Position numbers and translations under genes: made by a program. From Eledone cirrhosa (lineage: Eukaryota): a DNA stretch of 64,000 nt. Where the stretch lies: NCBI GenBank assembly GCA_964016885.1, contig OZ024743.1:96658001-96722000 (forward strand), given 5' to 3'. Below, piece by piece: positions 53,735 through 64,000 of this stretch. Below the pieces are notes generated by a model. That model searched no databases, was not told where the DNA came from, and saw only the letters and a list, made by a program, of their open reading frames with translations. Every line of letters starts with the position of its first letter. The first letter of the stretch is position 1.

Positions 53735-54397
53735 GACCTTTTCTTAGCACTTTTCCAAAAGAAATAAAAGGTACTGTGTGTGATTTCAAATGATTTTCAA
53801 ATCAAGAATTTGTAAAGATTTTGTGACATATATTATTAAGCTGGTGTTTGGAACATAACTTAACAAAGGTCCTTATGTAGGATTATGATAGATAATGTTT
53901 AGATAAATATAAACATTTTAAGATAAACAGTGTTGTATCATAGAAACAGGGGTTCTTTTATGTGGCTTGGTGTCAAAGGTGTTAAAAATGATAAATACAC
54001 ATTAGACACTATCATCCTAAATATATTTTAAAAAGGGCTCATCACAGTGATTATAGATCAGCTCTATCAAGGCTGACCTTCAGCTAAATAACAATAATAA
54101 CAATTATATGAATTATAATTTTTTGGATTAATCTATCATTCATTTTTATGATGATCTTTATTGATTAGTTCTTGTTTAGTTTGTGGTTTAAAACAATTTG
54201 AAAAATACTTAACCCTTTTGATATCAAACCACCTGAGCTCTATGTAAGATCCTTGTTAATCTATGTTCCAAACACCAGCTTAATAATGAGAAGTTTAGTT
54301 ACTTTACCAAATTTCTGCAAATTCTTGATTAGTTTCAAAATTATTTGAAAATTATAGGCAAAGTATTTCATTAAAAATATGCTAAGAAAAGGGTTAA
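53735..54397. mobile_element. Two oppositely oriented copies of TTAA-flanked MITE family P2 (about 53735-53985 and 54209-54397)
   Basis: TTAA|CCCTTTTGATATC ... GCTAAGAAAAGGG|TTAA. TGTTCCAAACACCAGCTTAATAAT is inverted between the two copies. Confidence 0.65.
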
Positions 54398-54689
54398 TAC
54401 AGTATCATTCATGTTTGAAGAAATACAATCACTAAAATGATATCATTCAACAATGATTTTTAACTTTGGTATAAAGCCAGATTGTCAAAGTATCTCGGGT
54501 ACAGTGCTTATCTTATTAGCATTGAAAGGTTAAAAAGTAAAGTCAATTCTGAGTCAACATTTGAACCCCAAATATCAAGGAATGTATTGGGTTGGACAGA
54601 AAGTTCCTCTCATTTTTTAAAAGGAGGTATTTTGGTAGAGTTTCCTGGAAATGTTGAAAATTGCAAATAAAAAGTGACGTTGGTATGCA

Positions 54690-55600
54690 CTATATGCATT
54701 TCTCATTTTCTTTTACACTGTCAAAGAGGAAGCAGCATGGATCCACACCATTTATTCGTGGCTGTTTATTTTATGGCTTTAAATTTGGCCTCAGTACAGC
54801 AACATCGAGTTGTTGCATTAACAATGTATTTGGGTGACACACCGATGTCTGAACAAAAGTGTCAGAGACTGGTTCACATGCTTCTGTTGCGGTGATTATA
54901 GCCTTGAAGATCGACTTCATGCAGGATGTCCATCCAACTTCAATGATGAGCAACTGCATGAGCTGGCACAAGCTGACTCCTGCCAGACATCACAACATTT
55001 CTCCAAAGTGCTTGAGGCATAACAAACAACCATCCTCAATCAGTTGCATGCAATAAAGAAGGTGTCCAAGTTAGACAAATGGGTGCCCCACAATATGACA
55101 GACCGTGATCCTGAATGTTGGGTGGTAGCTATGACTTCTCTTATCACCTATAATCGCTCAACTAACTAGTTACATTCTGTTGTCACTACTAATGAAAAAA
55201 GGTGTCTCTACATTAATTGTTTCTACTTTTTGGCACAAGGCCAGCAATTACCCAGTACATTACTGGTACTTTATTTTATCGACCCCGTAAGGATGAAAGG
55301 CAATGTTAACCTCGGTGGGATTTGAATTCAGAATGGCAAGGGCCGTAACTCTATACGTCAAAGCATGGCATCCAACCCTCTACCGATGCTGCCAATCCAT
55401 CGCCCCTGTAGGTGTCTCTAAATTAATGTCAGGTGTTAGCAACTATGGGTTGATAAAGAGAGTGCACCCAAAGACAATCAAAGTTCTACTGAGTGTCTGA
55501 TGGAACTGGAAATGTGTCATCCACTACGAGCTGCTCTCACTGGACACCAGCTCTGACATCTATTGTCAACAACTTGAGAGGATTAGCACCAAATATATCA
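54690..55600 (+). pseudogene. Mariner transposase N-terminal about two-thirds, interrupted by a SINE
   Basis: RDWF.CF.CGDYSLED..GCPS, KLDKWVPH, VVTTNEKRCLYIN (cf. IVTGDEKW), HPK.KVLLSV*WNWK.VIHYELL, YCQQLER. Confidence 0.85.
55218..55406 (-). mobile_element. SINE family B inserted in the mariner relic, 17-bp target-site duplication
   Basis: GGTGTCTCTACATTAAT at 55201-17 vs GGTGTCTCTAAATTAAT at 55411-27. Confidence 0.9.
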
Positions 55601-56066
55601 CAGGTGGAGCCACACAGTGGTGATAAAATATTAATATATCACAAGTGGCGCCACACAGTGGTGATAAAATATTAATATATCACAGGTGGATCCACACAGT
55701 GGTGATAAAATATTAATATATCACAAGTGGCGCCACACAGTGGTGATATACTATTAATATATCACAGGTGGATCCACACAGTGGTGATAGAATATTAATA
55801 TAACACACAGTGGTGATAAAATATCAATATATCACAAGTGGCACCACGCAGTGGTGATAAAATATTAATATATCATAGTTGGTGCCACACAGTGGTGATA
55901 AAATATTAATATATCACAGGTGGCGCCACACAGTGGTGATAAACTATTAATATATCACACAGTGGTGATAAAATATTAATATATCACAGGTGGAGCCACA
56001 CAGTGGTGATAAAATATTAATATATCACAGGTGGACCCACATAGTGGGGATAAAATATTAATATCA
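55592..56066. repeat. 41-bp minisatellite (AATATATCACAGGTGGAGCCACACAGTGGTGATAAAATATT), about 12 copies, two shortened
   Basis: Direct inspection. Confidence 0.95.
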
Positions 56067-56132
56067 AAACTAGTAGATATATTTATTGTTATTTATAATT
56101 AAGATTTTAGTCAACAAGCCAACAGCATGTAA

Positions 56133-56995
56133 TCTATATATATAAAACTGTGGTTGTCTGTCTATCGATTTTTGGCACACATCTCCTCTTAGAATCTCTC
56201 ACGGAATTGCACCGAAATTGCTATACTTGTACATTGAGCCCGAGCGAAGACATCGGAAAAAAAAAAATTTCAAATTGACCCACCCTATGTGACGAAATCG
56301 AATATAATGTATCGATTTTTGAGCGTAAGTTATCAGTTATTTCCCTTTGTTCTGTTTACATTGAGCGTCTTACGTAAAAAATTACGCTGGCTTTCTCAGC
56401 GTTTAAAATGACATTAACACAATACGTTCGAACACTAAGCTTCCGTTTTGCTTCATTTCCATTTAAAAGCCTTTTAAAACAATATTTTTACTTGAAAACA
56501 AGTCTATTTAAAGACTACGTAAAACAAGCAAATATTTCGTAAAAAAAAAGCAAAAATTATATAAGTTTATTTAAAATATATGTATCTGTAAATTTCGTTA
56601 GGCGTGCAGACAGACAGTCGTGCAGAGAGGTGATATAGGCGTGCAGACAGATAGTCGTGCAGAGAGGTGATATAGGCGTGCAGACAGACATAACTGATAA
56701 TTTGGTTACGCTAATGTTTTTCTCTGCGTTGCAGTGTTTACATTTTCGATCTTTGTTAATAAATAACCAGTGCAATTTCTATCCCCAGCATCCTCTTTTG
56801 TTATAACATTCGGGTTATCGTTATGTTTTCTTAACTTCATAAGGCATATTGTTGGTTGAGGGAATATTAATCAAAAACACCACATGCAAGTCTGCACAGT
56901 AGACACTACAGTTTTTAAGCCAAGAAAGTAACTTAACATTGTAACTTTAACACAGCTACTGAGCGACCCCGAGCAACGCCGGGCTTTACTGCTAG
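56133..56995 (+). mobile_element. Non-autonomous Helitron
   Basis: A|TC(TATATATATAAAA) 5' end; subterminal hairpin CCCG-AGCAACGC-CGGG; 3' CTAG|T; no target-site duplication; visibly more CpG than flanks; internal 37-bp tandem repeat at about 56600-56690. Confidence 0.85.
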
Positions 56996-58579
56996 TATAT
57001 TATATAATGTTTATGATTTGAAGAAGGAATAAATCAATAAAAATTTGGAATGTTAGTATTGCTTTCTAAAATGTTTTTGAAGCAACCCTCACAGCATTAC
57101 TGTGGGTGGTAGTGAAGCCAAGGCTCTGGAATAACCATGTGCTTTCACAAACAGCCACTCATACTTGTTATGCTAAACACAATGCTTCAAATAGTTTAAT
57201 CTATGTTTATCATCAAGTGTCCAGTATGTGTACTTCTACTAGGACCAGGATGACATTTGCAATCAAAGACTTTCAACAGTGGTGAAACAATAAAGTCAAA
57301 AATGGCAGAACATGGGATGTTGATGAAAATAAAAATCAGAAATAACAAGTGACAGAATTTCTATGAACAAAGAACCACTGTGAAGATTACAGATATAAAA
57401 GAAGTGATGTAAAATAGCACTAACTGAAAACCTAATCAATAAACCTCATGCCAAGTTCAGTTTAATATATTTGCCACTAATGAAAATGGTAGGTGTAGTG
57501 GACTTACAAAGGAGAATGAGGGTAATCCCTAAAGATTAGTATCATGAAACATCAGAAAGCTTTAATGAAAAGGTGAAACAACAATGGTGGAACATATGAT
57601 TGTGATGAAAATTAAAATCATATAGCATTCTGATAAAGATTCTATTATAAACTAACAACTGTTGTGAAGGTAATATAAAGGAGGTTGTGCATTAATGTAC
57701 CAACTGCAGTAAATTGACAGAATATTGTCAGATGAAATGCTTTGCTGTATTCATCTTGCCTCCTTGCACACCATGTTCAAATCCCAGCAAAGTCAACTTT
57801 AGCTTTCAATTTTCAGGGTCAATGAAATATTTGCCACTTCTGTACTGAAGTTGCTTCTTCTTCTGTATATCTTTCTTACATCCCTTCCTTGTCTCTCACA
57901 CACACACACACACACTCTCTATGCAGTTTAAATATCATGACACTCCCATGACACTATCAGGAGAAACAGGTCCATATTTCTAATGAATAATATAGCCTAT
58001 GATTGCAAATAATTTTGAAAGTAATCAGCTGTTGTTTGGAAGATATCTTAAAGGTTCATGCATAAAATTATGAAGAAAAGATTTTAGTCAAATATAAACA
58101 CTTTAAATGAAACAGTCTTATATAATAAAACTATGGGAGATTTCAAGAAGGTCAATATCCAAAAAGTTAAATGTCCATATTGCTTTAAGAATTATGTTCT
58201 ATCACTTAACTTGTTATGTGTTTCCATTGCTTGTTATAGTTACTTTTAGCCACAGTTTAGCATAAATTGGTTAAACCTGTGATCAGAGATATTTCAGCCA
58301 TGACCAACCTATCTTTTTATATATTTAAGACATTTTAAGATGATAGAGTGTGATTGGAGGAACTTGGCTTCTATTTCTAGCACCTTGAGTGGCTGTGAAG
58401 AATTTCTCTTGTTGGTATTGTGGATAAAAGATATATACAAAAGGGTTTGTGTGTTCAATCACAGCTCTGTCACATATCATTCAATGAGAAAATCCAAAGA
58501 TATGTGCTTTACTGAAAAACGGTTTCAAAATATGCAGTTAAGTCATAACTTATGCACAATGAATGCATGATGATATATA

Positions 58580-58656
58580 CAGGGTGCAGCAAAAATACCT
58601 CCCACTTTTTAAGAGTTGACCATATAAAATATGGGAGCTTTTTCTGCTGCAAACTG
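58580..58656. mobile_element. Tiny Tc1/mariner-type MITE
   Basis: TA|CAGGGTGCAGCAAAAATACCTCCCA ... TGGGAGCTTTTTCTGCTGCAAACTG|TA imperfect terminal inverted repeats. Confidence 0.65.
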
Positions 58657-58831
58657 TATATATATAACAAATAATAAATCTTAGAGTTTAGATGGAATTT
58701 AAAACATTTTTATTTCTCTTCACAAACTGCATCTTCACAAAAGAAATATGAAGATAAAGTTAGTCAAAGATTCTCTGTTAAGTAAGATTCCAGTAAGATT
58801 TAATTGTAAGAGACTATTTTGAGTTTCTAAC

Positions 58832-58869
<38 letters not shown>

Positions 58870-59035
58870 GTATATATATATATATATATATACACAGATA
58901 AATCTACCAATCAATGGTAGGATCTAAACCGAATGAAGAACTCAATGTAATCTGTATGTAGAAGATATCGTGAAGCAAAGTTTAAAATACAAAATTTTCA
59001 ACGATATAATTCATTGGATACAGAGTCAAAAATAG

Positions 59036-59366
59036 AAATATTAAAACAATGAAATTAAACAAAAGACGGTTAATTCATAGTAAAACTCATTATTTTACGA
59101 TCGTTTCAGGGGGGTAGTTCCCCGTATGTCCATTCTATTATTGATCTATGTAAAATATGTTACAAAATATCATAGTAAGAAAATATACATACGTCTTCAC
59201 TACCCACCGTCTTCAGAAATTATTTTGTAATATATTTTACATAGATCAATATAGAATGGACATACGGGGGAACTACCCCCCCCCCTCCCCCCACAAACGA
59301 TCGTAAAATAATGAGTTTTACTATGAATTAACCGTTTTTTGTTTAATTTAATTGTTTTAATATTTT
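59036..59366. repeat. Long inverted repeat, arms about 135 bp, spacer about 48 bp
   Basis: AAATATTAAAACAAT...TTACAAAATA vs TATTTTGTAA...ATTGTTTTAATATTT. Confidence 0.9.
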
Positions 59367-59387
59367 TATATATATATATATATATAT

Positions 59388-59875
59388 ACACACTTACACC
59401 TCTCCAAGACAATGTCACTGGACCGAGACCTTTGGCGGTACTCAGTAACAGAGAAGACCCGCCTTACCTAAATATATAGTAAAACCTACTCCAGCCAGTA
59501 GGCATCTCTAACAAAATACACCCCGTCCCACCACCACACCCCCACCCCATCCACACCACCCCGTTCTATGTAAAGTTATGTTGGTGCCGCGCCATCCAGG
59601 CTGAAACAAATGAGATCGTGTAGGTGTCACGACAAAAAAAAAACACACAGTCCACGCTGTAATGTGGCCGTGTAGGCAACACGGTAAAAACCTCCCAGAC
59701 CCACACTGTAAATGTGGTTGGTGTTAGGAAGGGCATCCAACTGTAGAAAACCTGCCAGACAGTCCTATGCGAGCAAGACAATCACTCTTGCCTCAAGTGG
59801 GACTACCCCTGTCCAAACCCATGCAAGCGTGGAACACGGACGTTAAACGTTGATGATGATGATGATGATGATGAT
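59388..59875 (+). mobile_element. 5'-truncated copy of the young RTE family
   Basis: Matches 14755-15236; starts within (TA)n. Confidence 0.95.
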
Positions 59876-60658
59876 ATATATATATGAGTGTGTATGTGTA
59901 TGTAAATTATTTATATTTATTTTTTATACTCAAGGCAATTCATATGCAATTTAAAATTTTGTTAAATGTTTAAAAAATTTTAGAAAGACAAATTAACGAA
60001 TTTGTAATTATTTGCTGCTTGTTAATTATTCATTGAATACCAAGGTAAGTGTTTGATAGAAATGAAATTATTTCAAAATAATGATATTTTGTTTCCTGTT
60101 ATGTAAATGTTTTATATTAAATCACTATGATTGCTTTATTGATCTCTGAGGACAAACAACTTTCGATTGATTTCCAAACTATTATTAATTTTCAAAAGAC
60201 GTTTTATGTATTTAATTTCTTGTTGATACATCTCTATTAAGTGAGTGGATGGTAATAGTTCAAAATCTTAAACACAATTTCAGTTTAAAAAAAAACAAAA
60301 AAAAACGAATATCATTTTGGTATTTATGTGGAATTCCATTATTTTGGGTTAAATTTAGATATAACAATATTTATAATATCACCATCATCATTGAATATCG
60401 CCATCATATCCCCTTATCTAAGCTATCATGGGGTGGAAAATACTTTCTGAGAGAGTATATTCTATGGTAACATTCCTTTCCTGACACCAACAGAAAAAAA
60501 GAAAGCAATAAAATAAGTATTGATTAAATCAAGGCCATGACCCAGCATATTGAACTACTAAATTGGGTGACATTTAGTTTAAATGGGACATAAACAAACA
60601 ACGTCATTTTCTTTAAAAAATATCGATATGAATATAGTTGTGATAAAGTGAGACTCAT

Positions 60659-60727
<69 letters not shown>

Positions 60728-60743
60728 AATGTGTGTGTATGCA

Positions 60744-60777
<34 letters not shown>

Positions 60778-60864
60778 CATATATGGATGTGTGCTTATCC
60801 ATGTGTATATATATATATATATGTATGTGTATGTATGCATGTGTATATATGTATCCCAGTACAA

Positions 60865-61110
60865 CCTGTCTCATGGTCGGCTCGTTGGCGACTAAACTGG
60901 CAACCCCGCCAAGGTTTCTTGGTGAGGAGGGTGACTTTGGACATCCTGTAGCACTAAAGACAAAACCTGTCAAAGAGCAAAGGAGCTCTTAAGAGTCAAT
61001 GGCCATCCAAAATCACCGGGAGAGATGACTCCTTAGCCTTTGTCAAGGCAGAATTCTAGGAGAAGGAAAACTCAGATATAACACCTGCAACCCTGATGGT
61101 ATCCAATGAT
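60865..61110 (+). mobile_element. Probable RTE-type LINE 5'UTR fragment
   Basis: CTGGCAACCCC and TCTAGGAGAAGGAAAACTC motifs resemble RTE 5'UTRs as I recall them; GC-rich island. Confidence 0.4.
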
Positions 61111-61284
61111 GTTGACTTGTTCTTCTTTTTGGTAAATATCATCTTGTTTGGGAGAGTGGGATTGGCTTTGTGCAGTGCCTTTGCTCACTATAAAAGCTTC
61201 ACGGCACAGGCATTGCTTTATATCTGGAGATCTCTCTGCACTTGTCGTCACATGGTACCATAGGCCCAGCACTATGTGTCAATA

Positions 61285-61430
61285 ATTGTCACAAGTGTTG
61301 TGTTTGTACCAGAGTTTTCAAGTCGCTGGTTGGACTAAAAAGTCACACTCGTTCAGCGCATTGGTAGGGGTTCTCCTACATGGATATAAAGCAGTGGCCA
61401 TACTCGAAAACGAGTTGGCAGCCACCATAT
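61285..61430 (+). mobile_element. LINE 3' end encoding a terminal C2H2 finger (RTE-like)
   Basis: CCVCTRVFKSLVGLKSHTRSAHW*, short UTR, then (TA)n. Confidence 0.6.
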
Positions 61431-61455
61431 ATATATATACACATGTATGAGTGCA

Positions 61456-61498
<43 letters not shown>

Positions 61499-61502
<4 letters not shown>

Positions 61503-61581
61503 GAAAAGGTATGACCCCGATGGCTAGAAATAGCCGTCGAAATGGCTTGAGCTCTGCCGTCGGGGTCATACCTTTTCCTAT
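61499..61581. repeat. Hairpin with 26-bp arms
   Basis: ATAGGAAAAGGTATGACCCCGATGGC / GCCGTCGGGGTCATACCTTTTCCTAT, one G-T pair. Confidence 0.9.
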
Positions 61582-62159
61582 TACCCACTCTACTACCCTA
61601 AGCATTGAGTACTCTGGTGCGTTATGGTCCACCTGGTTCCTTCGTTATATATATATATATACTGTTGGATGGTTTTACTAATGGGTATCTCTTGCAGACT
61701 ATGATTCAATAACGAAAATCATTCAATGTTATGTATATCAGCCATCATAGATTTGGTATCTTGTGGTTGGTGAGGAATGGAGTTAAATATTTCAATGAAA
61801 AAAGAAGCCCAGATTCCAATGCCTAAATACACAATACATATTTTTATGGCTGACATCTTACGTCATTAGAGCATGACACAATACATTCAGCGATGTCATC
61901 ATGTGTAATTATATGTACTACCAAATAGATTTTTTTAACAAATTACTTACTTTTTAAATTAATTATTTGCTTTGTTAACTAATTTCTTGCATTTTAATTA
62001 TGATTATTCACTTTCCGCAACCAAATATCTTTTATAATCTTTTATAAAATGTTACTATTTATATCTATTTATCTTTATAATTATTTACCATTATTTTTTT
62101 TTCTGTTTTGTAATCCCTACAGTGTTTATAACACTTTAAACTACAAATATCTATACCCT

Positions 62160-62587
62160 TTAACCCTTTAGCAAATTACATTAGTCTATATTTACTATTA
62201 TATTTTCACGGTAAAGGCTTTACCTCACATAATATCAAATCTATGTGATTTTGATATTATCTATTTTGAGAATGATATCTTAACATCAATATGAGTGACC
62301 AGTTACAGCCAGTTTGAACAGAAAGAGGCAAGAGAATTCTGGCTGGATACAGGTAGTTTATATGCTAAAGCATTAACCCTTTAGCATTTACATTACTCTA
62401 TATTTACACATAATTATTCCACATAATATCGAGTCTACAAGATTTTGATAAGGTATTGTTCTCAAAATATATAATATCAAAATCTTGTAGACTCAATAAG
62501 TATGAGCAGCTGGTTACAGCTGGTTTAAATAGATAAAGGTGAGAGAATTCTGGCCGGATATGGCCAGTTTAAATACTAAAGGGTTAA
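62160..62587 (+). mobile_element. Tandem dimer of piggyBac-type MITE P1 sharing one TTAA
   Basis: TTAA|CCCTTTAGC...GCTAAAGCA|TTAA|CCCTTTAGC...ACTAAAGGG|TTAA. Confidence 0.8.
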
Positions 62588-63277
62588 GAGATTCACTGAC
62601 ATGCTATGCTGGTTTTCAACCAGGCATCAGTGCTGTTATTGCAGCCTGTTTGGCACCCTGAAACCTTGTTAAAGACACCAAACAAATGGTTTAGAATAGG
62701 TGTACGATTAGTTTTGATTGATAGCTTCCAATATCAGCCCACTGCAGAAATGTGTTGCTGTTGAGACATCCCCCATTTTTGGTTGCGTCTACAATGCATA
62801 GCATTGTCAAGTATGTGGCATATGGGAAGCATCTGTCACAGTGATTGCATCGATTGACAGACCACCTCTGTACCATTTCTATGTTGATATTTTACTGTAA
62901 CTCAGAAGTTTATTACTAATTTTTTATGTTAATTACACCTGCAAACGTCGGTGATTGTCTTGCATCATCATGACGTAAGCCACTGGCCATAAAAACATGT
63001 ATTGCATATTTATGCTACATGTTAAATCATGCTACATGTTAATACATGAATATGTTGGAATCTGGCTTTCTTTTTTCATTGAAGTATATCTGTATTTATG
63101 TGTGTGTATATCATCATCATCATCATCATCTTCGTTTAATGTCCATCTTCCACGTTAGCATGGGTTAGACCTATATATATATATATATATTCATTAGTTA
63201 AGCAAAACAAGACCACAAATTTCCCAAGGAAGACATTATTAAAAGATTGTCAACATAGTTTTAGTTTAATGTAAGGA

Positions 63278-63977
63278 ATCATCATCATCATCATCATCAT
63301 CAACGTTTAACGTCCGTGTTCCACGCTTGCATGGGTTTGGACGGGGGTATTCCCACTTGAGGCAAGAGTGATTGTCTTGCTCGCATAGGACTGTCTGGCA
63401 GGTTTTCTACAGTTGGATGCCCTTCCTAACACCAACCACATTTACAGTGTGGGACTGGGAGGTTTTTACCGTGTTGCCTACACGGCCACATTACAGCGTG
63501 GACTGTGTGTTTTTTTGTCGTGACACCTACACGATCTCATTTGTTTCGGCCTGGATGTTGTGGCACCAACATAACTTTACATAGGAGGGGGTGGTGTGGA
63601 TGGGGGTGGTGGGACGGGGTTGTTAGAGATGCCTACTGGCTGTAGTAGGTTTTACTATGTATTTAGGTAAGGCGGGTCTCCTCTATTACTGAGTACCGCC
63701 AAAGGTCTCGGTCCAGTGACATTGTCTTGGAGAGGTGTAAGTGTGTGAGGTCGGAGTTTATCAGCTCGTCCCAGGATTTTCTAGGTCTGCCTATTCCGTG
63801 GCTATCGTCTATCTTTATTGCCCTGCACTTTGTTATACAGCTATCGACTTTCATGCGCATCACGTGTCCGTACCAACGTAGCCTTCTCTCGAATAAACAA
63901 CATCTGATCCCTCTTATTTCTAATTTTTTCCTTAGTTCGTTTATGCTTTGCCGTTCACGTATATTACTATTACACAT
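63278..63977 (-). mobile_element. 5'-truncated inverted copy of the young RTE family
   Basis: ORF 63663-63992 matches the C-terminus of 12972-14837; 3'UTR and (CAT)n. Confidence 0.95.
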
Positions 63978-64000
63978 TGCTTTGCCGTTCACGTATATTA

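Noticed and set aside
57280-57710. Diverged direct repeat of about 140 bp
   Set aside because: Old local duplication with no ORF, terminal repeats or LTR hallmarks.

Overview
Eukaryotic, repeat-dominated, AT-rich DNA. The SINE/LINE families and microsatellite style suggest a coleoid cephalopod, probably an octopod (inference). I can support only one host exon: a 51-nt phase-1/phase-1 exon at 47570-47620 (+) encoding GQDLISWMMRNLDVDDQ, which matches part of the DEP domain of R7-family RGS proteins (RGS6/RGS7/EGL-10). The whole window therefore looks like two very large introns of a neuronal RGS gene. The introns hold: a nearly intact RTE LINE with a PHD-type finger inside ORF2 plus inverted truncated copies; a CR1 LINE; at least three SINE families; TTAA-flanked piggyBac-type MITEs; a non-autonomous Helitron; mariner and Penelope remnants; and five tandem arrays (trinucleotide, 10/11, 23, 46 and 41 bp). 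Most notable: (i) palindromic elements enclosing whole or partial type-I hammerhead ribozyme cores; (ii) satellites apparently grown out of transposon sequence; (iii) a mariner split into two opposite-strand halves, suggesting an inversion; (iv) multi-level higher-order structure in the 12-kb 23-bp array. All family assignments are from motif recognition by eye, not database searches. The long low-complexity ORFs in the track are treated as repeat artefacts.
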